Part shown: in pieces, positions 10,448 to 18,495 of the stretch
Layout: the number at the start of each line of letters is the position of its first letter
Numbering within the stretch: the stretch's first letter is position 1
Origin: an uncultured Pedosphaera sp.
GTDB taxonomy: Bacteria > Verrucomicrobiota > Verrucomicrobiia > Limisphaerales > AAA164-E04
Assembly: GCA_965214825.1 (NCBI GenBank)
Contig: OZ243981.1
Span: 1,234,567 to 1,298,566, forward strand
DNA length: 64,000 bases
Reading direction: 5' to 3'
Program-made: the position numbers and the translations under genes
Notes under the pieces: model-generated
What the model was told of the DNA's origin: nothing
Databases searched by the model: none
What the model saw: the letters and a program-made list of their open reading frames with translations, nothing else

Positions 10448-11413
10448 ATGATTCGCCGAGCATGGATTCTGTTACTGGTTGCCGCCTGCGCCTTGGCGGG
10501 ACTCTCGTCCGCCGGGGCAGAGCCCGATTGGCAAGGCGTCCGAATTTTTCCTGAAAAGGGCAAACTGCGCATCGAAATCAACGGGGCGTTTTTCTCTGAC
10601 TACATTTACGAAGACGTGTCGCGGCCCTTTCTATACCCGGTCATCGGTCCCGCCCGTTTGCCGGTAACGCGCAACTGGCCCATGAGCTTTCAGGAAGGCG
10701 AGGCGAAGGACCATCCGCACCATCGTTCGCTCTGGTATGCCCACGGCGAAATCAACGGACACGACTTCTGGTCTGAATCGAGCCGCGCCGGCACGACCCG
10801 ACACGTTTTCTTCAAAGAAATCGCCTCCGGCCCGGACTTCGGGCGCATCGTTTCCTTCAATCAGCTCGTCGCCAAAAACGGCGCCGTCATCGGTGCCGAC
10901 ACGCGGGAAATCATCATCCACAATCGCCCCGATTCCGAGCGAATCATCGACTTCAACATCACCATTCACGCCACCCGCGGCGATCTTATCCTCGGCGACA
11001 CCAAAGAAGGCTCGATGGCCATTCGTCTAGCGCCCACCATGCGGCTGAAGGGCGCCGTGGCCCAAGGGCGCATCGTCAACAGCGAAGGCATCCAAGACGG
11101 CGGCACTTGGGGCAAACGCGCCAAATGGGTCGATTACTCCGGCCCCGTCCAAGGCAAAACCGTCGGCGTCGCCATCTTCGATCATCCTGACAATCCCCGC
11201 CATCCTACCTGGTGGCACGTCCGCGACTACGGCCTCTTCGCCGCTAACCCCTTCGGCATCCACAACTTCGAGCGGAAGAAGAAAGGCCTCGGCGATTATC
11301 CCGTGGCCGCCGGTTCAAGCGCCGCCTGGAAATACCGGTTCTTCATGCACCTCGGCGATTCTCAAAGCGCCGACGTCGAGTCCCGATACACCGAATACAC
11401 CCGTACCCGATGA
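10448..11413 (+). CDS. Secreted PmoA-like / DUF6807-type protein
   Basis: Signal peptide 'LLLVAACALAGLSSAGA'. 'RPFLYPVIGP' and 'DHPHHRSLWYAHGEINGHDFW' match my recollection of this family. Confidence 0.6.
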   Translation: MIRRAWILLLVAACALAGLSSAGAEPDWQGVRIFPEKGKLRIEINGAFFSDYIYEDVSRPFLYPVIGPARLPVTRNWPMSFQEGEAKDHPHHRSLWYAHGEINGHDFWSESSRAGTTRHVFFKEIASGPDFGRIVSFNQLVAKNGAVIGADTREIIIHNRPDSERIIDFNITIHATRGDLILGDTKEGSMAIRLAPTMRLKGAVAQGRIVNSEGIQDGGTWGKRAKWVDYSGPVQGKTVGVAIFDHPDNPRHPTWWHVRDYGLFAANPFGIHNFERKKKGLGDYPVAAGSSAAWKYRFFMHLGDSQSADVESRYTEYTRTR

Positions 11414-11456
11414 TTGCCGCAAAGCCGGCGGCCACAGAGCCGGAAGGTCGGCAAAG

Positions 11457-11546
11457 CGCTTGAAAGATTGCGAGTCGCGGGGCAAAATCTGCCGGATGAA
11501 ACGCTTGAAAGATTGTGAGTCGCGGGGCAAAGTTTGCCGGATGAAA
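11457..11546 (+). repeat. 2 x 45-bp tandem duplication covering the start-codon region of the dipeptidase gene
   Basis: cgcttgaaagattg(c/t)gagtcgcggggcaaa(atc/gtt)tgccggatgaaa occurs twice with 3 mismatches. Each copy ends with an in-frame ATG (11496 and 11541). Confidence 0.85.
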
Positions 11547-12311
11547 CGCGGGAAAGACAGCTGGACAAAGCCTCGGTTCTGTTCATTGATTTTCAGTCTT
11601 TTCTGGTTCGCTGGCGGGGTGTCCGCGGCGCCAGAAGAACGCCCAGCAGGCATCCCGGCAGCGTTTGTCGAAGTGCGTGCTGCCGTCCCCGATATTCTTG
11701 TGGAACTTCGTTATTTCGGGCGGGATAACTTCACGGGGAATCCGGTGGACGGTTACACGGCTTCCCGCTGCTGGATGACCCAATCTGCCGCCAAACAACT
11801 GGCAAAAGCACAAGCTGAGTTACGCCCCTTCGGTTTGTCGCTCAAGGTATTCGACGCGTATCGGCCGCAGGCAGCGGTGGATCGTTTCCTTCGCTGGGCG
11901 AAGGAGCCAGACGACAAACAGTTGAAACGCCTTTACTATCCTTCCGTGTCGAAGCCGCAGCTCATCAAGGAGGGCTATATTGCTGGCAAGTCCGGGCATT
12001 CGCGCGGCAGCACGGTGGATGTAACCATTGCCGCCGTCTCCAGCGCGGAGCATCGGGAAACCGGAAAGGAACTTGACATGGGAACGCCGTTCGACTTCTT
12101 CGGCCCCGAATCGCATACCGAAAATCCGCGTTTGACACCGCAGCAGCGGGCCAACCGCCTCCTATTAAAATCGCTGATGGAGCGCCACGGGTTTGTCAAT
12201 TACCCGAAGGAATGGTGGCATTTCACTTTGAAAGACGAGCCTTTTCCCGACACCTATTTCAATTTCTCCACCGGCGGCCTTTCCCCCGCTCGCCCGGCAA
12301 AGCGGCAGTAG
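11541..12311 (+). CDS. ddpX: D-alanyl-D-alanine dipeptidase (VanX/DdpX-type, peptidase M15D)
   Basis: 'FDAYRPQAAVD', 'SGHSRGSTVDVT' and 'EWWHFT' are Zn-dipeptidase motifs. A signal-like N-terminus follows the Met at 11541. Alternative in-frame starts lie at 11496 and 11460. Confidence 0.8.
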   Translation: MKRGKDSWTKPRFCSLIFSLFWFAGGVSAAPEERPAGIPAAFVEVRAAVPDILVELRYFGRDNFTGNPVDGYTASRCWMTQSAAKQLAKAQAELRPFGLSLKVFDAYRPQAAVDRFLRWAKEPDDKQLKRLYYPSVSKPQLIKEGYIAGKSGHSRGSTVDVTIAAVSSAEHRETGKELDMGTPFDFFGPESHTENPRLTPQQRANRLLLKSLMERHGFVNYPKEWWHFTLKDEPFPDTYFNFSTGGLSPARPAKRQ

Positions 12312-12318
12312 TCCAGCA

Positions 12319-14985
12319 ATGAGAAATCCCGAGGCCCGGCGCCTGCAGCAAGACCAAGCCCGCACACACAACTGGAAACGCTGGGGGCCTTATCTCTCCG
12401 AACGCCAATGGGGCACCGTTCGGGAGGATTACTCGCCGGCGGGAACTTGTTGGAACTACTTCCCGCACGACCATGCCCGCTCGCGCGCCTACCGTTGGGG
12501 CGAAGACGGCCTGCTCGGCATCGCCGACCGCCAGGCGCGGCTCTGCTTTGCCCTCGCCCTATGGAACGGCAACGACCCGATTTTGAAAGAAAGGCTCTAC
12601 GGCTTGAATGGCCACGAAGGCAACCATGGCGAAGACGTCAAAGAGCTGTATTACTACCTCGACTCCTCACCCACGCACAGCTACCTCAAAGCGCTCTACA
12701 AATACCCGCATCAAACCTTCCCCTACTCGACCCTGCTGCGCGAAAATCGCCATCGAGGGCGTTCCGGCGCCGAGTTCGAATTGTGGGACACAGGCATCTT
12801 CAACGACGCACGCTACTTCGACGTGCAGTGCGAATACGCCAAAAAATCGCCCAACGACATCCTCATCCGAATCCAAATCACCAACCGCGCCGCCACCTCC
12901 CACATCCTCCACCTCCTCCCGACCCTCTGGTTCCGAAACACCTGGTCTTGGGGATGCGACCATGAGGGCTGCACTCCCCGGCCCGGCCTCATCCGGCAAA
13001 CCTCACAATCGCTCCTGGCCGCCCATCCCACATTGAAAGAGTTTTGGCTCTTCTGGGAACGGCCGGCGGACGAAGTCTTGTTGACGCACAACGAGACCAA
13101 CGCCCGGCGTTTGTATGGCGCCCCCGACGACAGCAACCCCTTCGTCAAAGACGCCTTCCACGAACATTTAATCAGCCGGCCACTGCCCCCGCTGGCCTCC
13201 CTCGAAACCGGCACCAAAGCGGCGCCGTGCTATCGCCTAGCCATCGCCGCCGGCGCCGTCGAAGAATTCCGGCTGCGATTGACAGCCGCGGAAGAACTCA
13301 CCAGCGCTCCCTTCGGCCCCGACTTCAACGCCCTTTTCACCCGCCGCCGCCAGGAAACCGACGCCTTCTATCATGCCGCCTCGCCACAAACCGCCGCCGA
13401 CAACGACACGGCAAACATCATCCGACAAGGCTATGCCGGCCTCCTCTGGTCGAAACAATTCTATCACTACGTCGTGGACAGTTGGCTAGAAGGCGATCCT
13501 GCCGTCCCCCCGCCGGCAAAGCGAAAACAAGGGCGCAACCGCCAATGGCGCCACTTCTACAGCCGCGACATCATCTCCATGCCGGACAAGTGGGAATACC
13601 CCTGGTTTGCCGCCTGGGACCTCGCCTTCCATATGATCCCCTTTGCCCGCATCGACCCCGCATTCGCCAAATCGCAACTCCTCCTCATGCTGCGCGAATG
13701 GTATCTCCATCCCAACGGCCAACTGCCCGCCTACGAATTCGCCTTCGGCGATGTTAACCCCCCGGTGCATGCCTGGGCCGTCTGGCGCGTTTACAAAATC
13801 ACCGCCAAAAAAGGCGCCCGCGACCGGGACTTTCTGGAAAGCGCCTTCCAAAAACTCCTTCTCAACTTCACTTGGTGGGTCAACCGCAAAGACAAAAACG
13901 GCAACAACCTCTTCGGCGGCGGCTTTCTGGGATTGGACAACATCGGCCCCTTCGACCGCTCGCAACCCTTCCCTGGCGGCGGCCAATTGACACAGGCCGA
14001 CGGCACAGCCTGGATGGCCTTCTACTGCCTCACCATGCTCAGCATAGCGCTAGAACTCGCCAAAGACGAAGAACGACTCTACGGCGCCTACGGCGACATG
14101 GCCTCGAAGTTCTTCGAACACTTCGTCCAAATCTCCGACGCCTTCAACCACCTCGACGGCACGGGACTTTGGGACGAGCAAGACGGCTTTTACTACGACC
14201 GCCTCACCCAAGGCGCCCAACACACCATCATCCGCACCCGCTCCCTCGTCGGCCTGCTGCCCCTCATCGCCGTGGAAGTTCTCGACCTGGCCTGCATCCG
14301 CTCCCTTCCCGGCTTCTACAAACGCTTCCAATGGTTTCTGCAACACCGCCCCGAACTCTCCCGCCACCTCGTTCACGGAAAAGGAACCAACGCCGGCAAA
14401 ATCCTCCTCATGCTCTCCACCCAAGACCGCCTCAAAAACATCCTCAAGTACCTCGTCGACGAACACGAATTCCTCTCCCCCTTCGGCATCCGTTCCCTCT
14501 CCAAACACCATCAAGACCATCCCTACCGCCTCCCTCTCAGCGGCCAAACCCTCAGCGTGGAATACACCCCCGGCGAATCCAACACCGCCCTCTTCGGCGG
14601 CAACTCCAATTGGCGAGGCCCCATCTGGCTACCGGTCAACTACCTCCTCCTGGAAGCCCTGGAACGCTACCAATACTTCTACGGAGACTCCCTCACCATC
14701 CCCTTCCCAACCCAAAACAACCGCCCCGCCCCCTGTCGCCAAATCGCCACAGAAATTCAAAAACGCCTCGCCGCCATCTTCCGCTTCAACACCGAAGGCA
14801 ACCGCCCCTGTCACGGCCCCCACCCCCAATACCGGCAAAACGCCCCTTGGGAAAACCTGCTGCTATTCTACGAATACTTCGATGGCGACAACGCCCGCGG
14901 TCTGGGCGCCAGCCATCAAACCGGCTGGACCGCCCTCATCGTCCGACTGCTCGAAGACAACCCCCAACCGGCCCAAAACCCCTGA
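12319..14985 (+). CDS. GH63-like glucosidase (MGH1-like glycoside hydrolase)
   Basis: 888 aa. The N-terminus 'WKRWGPYLSERQWGTVREDYS...RAYRWGEDGL' and the (alpha/alpha)6-type C-terminal half match the bacterial GH63-like family as I recall it. Confidence 0.7.
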   Translation: MRNPEARRLQQDQARTHNWKRWGPYLSERQWGTVREDYSPAGTCWNYFPHDHARSRAYRWGEDGLLGIADRQARLCFALALWNGNDPILKERLYGLNGHEGNHGEDVKELYYYLDSSPTHSYLKALYKYPHQTFPYSTLLRENRHRGRSGAEFELWDTGIFNDARYFDVQCEYAKKSPNDILIRIQITNRAATSHILHLLPTLWFRNTWSWGCDHEGCTPRPGLIRQTSQSLLAAHPTLKEFWLFWERPADEVLLTHNETNARRLYGAPDDSNPFVKDAFHEHLISRPLPPLASLETGTKAAPCYRLAIAAGAVEEFRLRLTAAEELTSAPFGPDFNALFTRRRQETDAFYHAASPQTAADNDTANIIRQGYAGLLWSKQFYHYVVDSWLEGDPAVPPPAKRKQGRNRQWRHFYSRDIISMPDKWEYPWFAAWDLAFHMIPFARIDPAFAKSQLLLMLREWYLHPNGQLPAYEFAFGDVNPPVHAWAVWRVYKITAKKGARDRDFLESAFQKLLLNFTWWVNRKDKNGNNLFGGGFLGLDNIGPFDRSQPFPGGGQLTQADGTAWMAFYCLTMLSIALELAKDEERLYGAYGDMASKFFEHFVQISDAFNHLDGTGLWDEQDGFYYDRLTQGAQHTIIRTRSLVGLLPLIAVEVLDLACIRSLPGFYKRFQWFLQHRPELSRHLVHGKGTNAGKILLMLSTQDRLKNILKYLVDEHEFLSPFGIRSLSKHHQDHPYRLPLSGQTLSVEYTPGESNTALFGGNSNWRGPIWLPVNYLLLEALERYQYFYGDSLTIPFPTQNNRPAPCRQIATEIQKRLAAIFRFNTEGNRPCHGPHPQYRQNAPWENLLLFYEYFDGDNARGLGASHQTGWTALIVRLLEDNPQPAQNP

Positions 14986-15065
14986 TAAAACCAACGGGAA
15001 TTTGAATTGCGCCTAGCAAACAACCGCAGTTTAATCCCCGCATGGCATCCCGCAAAACCGGGAAC

Positions 15066-15141
15066 GGGCGATTAGCGCAGCGGTCAGCGCAGCTGTCTTA
15101 CACACAGCAGGTCGAGGGTTCGAATCCCTCATCGCCCACCA
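15066..15141 (+). tRNA. tRNA-Val (anticodon UAC), CCA encoded
   Basis: Hand-folded cloverleaf: acceptor GGGCGAT/ATCGCCC, D stem GCGC/GCGC, anticodon stem GCTGT/ACAGC with loop CTTACAC, T arm GAGGG-TTCGAAT-CCCTC, then A-CCA. Confidence 0.9.
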
Positions 15142-15390
15142 CCCCAAAACACGCCCTCCGCTGAATCACACCGGACCAAAACGTGCAGAAACGCCGCGCA
15201 CATCCTTGACAGCCACCAAGTTGAAAGCATGGCGATAACGTTTGGCCGCCCGGAGAAACCATGACAAAGGGGCATCTGCAATCACCACTCCGGAAAAATA
15301 CGGATCTCATTCGCCCATGTAACCGTGGAAATACTTGACGCTGGTCGTGCCGAATACATCATAGCTCAACCCAATCTTTGAAAACGAGAC

Positions 15391-15918
15391 ATGAAAAATA
15401 CATCTGAATATAAACAAGAACTCACAACCTATCTCGTAGGTGAACTTGAGCGCCATTCTGCATCTTACTTTGGCATCGTTACGTTTAGACGATACGATTC
15501 CTTTCGGCGAGTCTCAAAAGTGTTCGATTTTCTCAACCGCTACGGACCAAGCGGCGCGATTTGTCTTGCGGTCGCGAAACAAGGAAGGGTTGGGAGCTCA
15601 TTGCCGGGAAAAACCGAACAGAAAAACCCTCGCCAAGCCGTCGCAAGACAAGGAAAGTTTGGTGGTCGAGTTCATTGTCAGTTCGTCATGGGGGTTACAC
15701 CTGATCCTGGTCTCGCAACTATTCATGCTCTTCAGGATCGACTTACCTCCAAATTTGGCATTTCGGAAATCGAACGAATTCTTTCGAATGAGTCTGTCTC
15801 AAAGCACGTGCTCAAGGGGTCGATAGCAGATACATATGCTATCTTCGAGATCGGAAGATCCTCTGGGAATCTTAACATCGAAATGGGTGATGACCGGCAA
15901 CGGTGTCCATCATATTGA
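15391..15918 (+). CDS. Hypothetical protein (island-borne)
   Basis: 175-aa ORF with an ATG start and no motif I can assign confidently. Confidence 0.4.
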   Translation: MKNTSEYKQELTTYLVGELERHSASYFGIVTFRRYDSFRRVSKVFDFLNRYGPSGAICLAVAKQGRVGSSLPGKTEQKNPRQAVARQGKFGGRVHCQFVMGVTPDPGLATIHALQDRLTSKFGISEIERILSNESVSKHVLKGSIADTYAIFEIGRSSGNLNIEMGDDRQRCPSY

Positions 15919-15980
15919 GTCAAATTAACCTCAAAACCCCACCCCTCTCAAAACCATCAAAGCCCTTAAGTGCTTATTGC
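15914..15980 (+). repeat. Solo arm of the MITE-like repeat family
   Basis: attgagtcaaattaacctcaaaaccccacccctctcaaaaccatcaaagcccttaagtgcttattgc is nearly identical to 17063-17130 and matches the left arm (reverse complement) of the 23905-24067 element. Confidence 0.7.
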
Positions 15981-16040
15981 TCTTTTCGCTGTGCTGTTAC
16001 CGCCCGACTCGAACACCACAACTTGCTTATCACTATACAT

Positions 16041-16355
16041 ATGTACTCTGATCTTCTAAATTTTAATTTCCATTGGATTGATGACATCCCGTTGATCTAT
16101 TATTTGCTTTCCTTCCTTATCTTAGGAATTGTTTTAACTGGTTACCCCTTCGTTGTTTCCTGGCTTGGGCGAGGTGTCGTTTGGCTTGGGCGAGCGATTC
16201 TTTGGCTTGCTCAAGCGATCGTTGTCTCTATCATTGAGGGGGTTCTATTTCTGTTTTTTCTTGTTTGTTTTTTATACCTTGCTTATGGGCTTTTTCGAGG
16301 GAGCGCTTTTTTGTTGGATGCTAGGGAGAATGGCAAATGGCCTTTCGGTAATTAG
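16041..16355 (+). CDS. Small hydrophobic protein with a 3 x 21-bp internal repeat (WLGRGVV/WLGRAIL/WLAQAIV)
   Basis: 104 codons from ATG 16041, strongly hydrophobic. The upstream part of the listed ORF lies in the repeat arm and was discarded. Confidence 0.4.
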   Translation: MYSDLLNFNFHWIDDIPLIYYLLSFLILGIVLTGYPFVVSWLGRGVVWLGRAILWLAQAIVVSIIEGVLFLFFLVCFLYLAYGLFRGSAFLLDARENGKWPFGN

Positions 16356-16660
16356 TTTGTGCTTTGCGCTGTGCTGCCTGCGCCTGGTTCGATCACCACA
16401 GCTTTCCAGTCAGTCAATTCCCGCAAACTCCTTTCGATACGGCAGCGCACATGAGACCATGCCAAACCACAACCCAGTGCGGGCAGCGCGATCGACCGGA
16501 CATTGCGTGACTGTATTTCCTTTACCAAAGCGGCGAGACCGGTTTCGATGTCTTCCATCCGGCTTTTGTCGCGCCAATGGCGTTTGGTTGGGAAGTTGAT
16601 AATGTATCGCGGGTTAGACAATTGTTTTGTTTCGAAGACGAACCTCTTGCCCGGCTGCAC
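16352..16660 (-). pseudogene. Macro-domain (ADP-ribose binding/hydrolase, DarG/TARG1-like) gene fragment
   Basis: 'YIINFPTKRHWRDKSRMEDIETGL...RSIALPALGCGL' matches the middle of macro domains. The N-terminal ~45 residues are missing and the 'GCGLGGL' region is shortened. Confidence 0.5.
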
Positions 16661-17067
16661 ATCGTTGAGTCGACATTCGAGGCGGATGGCAGCGGGGACG
16701 GGCGGTTATGGTTTCACAATCCAAAGACAGACAGGTTGGAAGACATGATAATCGAAGTCAAAGGCGGCAAGAATGTGAAAGTTGAAACGGTTCGCGCCCT
16801 GCGCGGCGCACGCCCTAAACGTGGAGCCGAGATGGCCCGGCTTATCCTGCTAGGAACAATCGGCGACCGCCAACGCCAATACTTTGAATCAGAAATCTCG
16901 GACGCCTTCACAAAGTTCTCGGAATGCAATATCCCCGCTGCCAAATCCTCACATTGAAAGAAATCTTGAAAGGCAAACGTTTCCAAACACCTTCCGTCGT
17001 TGGGCGCGGACTAGTGGACACTGTTCTCCCTGGCATTTCCAGCGGCATCAGCCATCCTCACCATTGA
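16577..17067 (+). pseudogene. Remnant of an Mrr-like restriction-endonuclease domain (as found at the C-termini of some DNA methyltransferases), frameshifted
   Basis: 'DMIIEVKGGKNVKVETVRALRG...AEMARLILL' continues in another frame as 'QILTLKEILKGKRFQTPSV'. No upstream catalytic or MTase part is present. Confidence 0.45.
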
Positions 17068-17130
17068 GTCCAATTAACCTCAAAACCCCACCCCTCCCAA
17101 AACCATCAAAGCCCATAAATACTTATTGCG
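17063..17130 (+). repeat. Solo arm of the MITE-like repeat family
   Basis: attgagtccaattaacctcaaaaccccacccctcccaaaaccatcaaagcccataaatacttattgcg, with TTGAC exactly 10 nt downstream (17141-17145). Confidence 0.7.
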
Positions 17131-17209
17131 AATTTTCCCCTTGACTGATTTCAAACGCCGCCGCAATTGAAGCTGGCTTTATCCTAGAAACTGACTATAA
17201 ATTAGAGAT

Positions 17210-18034
17210 ATGGCAACGGCACTCAATACAGAACAGCCCAAAAGTATCTTCCCCGAAGGGGAAGAAGAAACCATTCGCAAATTCTGATGTGCAAAACCGT
17301 TTCCGCATCTCTGTATCGACAATTTTCTTCCAGAAAAGCAATTCGCCGCTTTGGTCAAAAGCGATCACTTCGCCGAGGAAAAAGTCGAACACAGCTTCAA
17401 AACTCCCATTGAACAAAACAAGACTACCCATTCGTCCGAAGCAGCTTCTGATGAATGGAAATCGCTGATTGGCTTAATGACTAGTCCGTCCTTTTGGCAA
17501 GACTTGGCGACTCTGACCTCTATACAAGAGATTACCCCGCTTAACCGCCTATAAAGAAGAAAGCAACCAATACCACTTTTATCACCAAATGGAGGATGGC
17601 GGATTTTGGGAAACCACGTGGATCATTCAATCGCTCCGGATGGAAGACGTGCTAAATTTCTAAACACCTTCTTTTACAGTGCGGCAACTTGGAATTCATC
17701 ATAGGGAGGACATACTATGCTGTTCGACAAATGGGAGCTTAAAGAGAAAGCTCGTGCGGAATGCGTGCCCAATCGGCTTCTTATATTTTTGCATACCTCG
17801 CAATCGTTTCACGGGGTCTCTCGTCTGGCAGGGAATACGTGCGGTCGTTCGACAGTCTATATGGATTATTACGCGGAGCCCGGCGATCTTCATTTGTTGA
17901 ATAAGCAAAGCAGGCGCTGCAACTCCGGGTTTGAATGCAAGTTCTGGCGACACGGCACTTCGTTTGTACCTTCAACTTTGAAACTGAAGTATTGGCGTTA
18001 TTATTTATTATGGCTGCTGCGGAGAAAATATTGA
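17210..18034 (+). pseudogene. 2OG-Fe(II) oxygenase (prolyl-hydroxylase-like) with three in-frame stop codons and no frameshift
   Basis: A single frame reads 'KPFPHLCIDNFLPE', 'GNHVDHS' (HxD), 'NRLLIF..SFHGVS' (distal His) and 'GRSTVYMDYY'. It is interrupted by TGA 17285, TAA 17552 and TAG 17702. Confidence 0.65.
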
Positions 18035-18495
18035 TAGCCAATGCTTCTCCGAAGAGGGCAAGCTGCATGTTCATTGAAGTGGCAAGGCTTTCTCATTTTG
18101 CTGCATATGACGGAGCGATTGAAACAGAAATTGCCTTTGCCTGGGCCGAGGTCTTATCTGTGGCAACGTTCGATTGCTCAAGGTTGTAGCGTGTTCAATA
18201 TTGAAACTTGGAACCGGTGCTTTCCCAAATATCCTGTCAAACACTTGCCGTCACCGGCGAGTTCTGGGGAAGAAATGTCCTCTTGATTTATTTTGAGTTC
18301 CGTTGCCTTTCACTTTGCCGGGGCTGCATTCACACGAAACCAATTTTCAATTGCCGGGGCATTTGCCTGCTTGTGAGGTGAACCGCGTTTCCATCCCGGC
18401 TGCCTGGGGCGCCGGCGTCTGAGTCCGGCAAGGGCCGGGACGGCGCCGAGGCTGAGGGTTGGAAATAGGCTTTTCATCGGTCGAAAAGATGCGGC

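Larger units (their letters stand above)
15142..18300. mobile_element. Decayed AT-richer genomic island adjacent to tRNA-Val; no integrase found
   Basis: Composition drops immediately 3' of the tRNA. The content is orphan ORFs plus three gene remnants. No direct repeat of the tRNA 3' end was seen by eye, and the right boundary is approximate. Confidence 0.5.

Noticed and set aside
13872-15005. A 377-aa plus-strand ORF in an alternative frame of the GH63-like gene.
   Set aside because: It gives an Arg/Pro-rich nonsense translation. The main frame is convincingly a glycoside hydrolase.
15142-15390. An integrase or attachment-site repeat expected next to tRNA-Val.
   Set aside because: There is no tyrosine- or serine-recombinase-like ORF anywhere in 15.1-18.3 kb. 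I could not find a second copy of the tRNA 3' end by eye, though a computational repeat search would be needed to be sure.
16352-16660. An intact DarG-like macrodomain antitoxin, as part of a DarTG toxin-antitoxin pair.
   Set aside because: The N-terminal third is missing, the GCGLGGL region is shortened, and no DarT/DUF4433-like ORF is adjacent. It is treated as a fragment.
18310-18476. A 55-codon signal-peptide-like ORF (MKSLFPTLSLGAVPALAGL…) divergent from the large membrane-protein gene.
   Set aside because: It is only the tail of a long antisense shadow ORF. It has no RBS or known conservation and an Arg-rich remainder.
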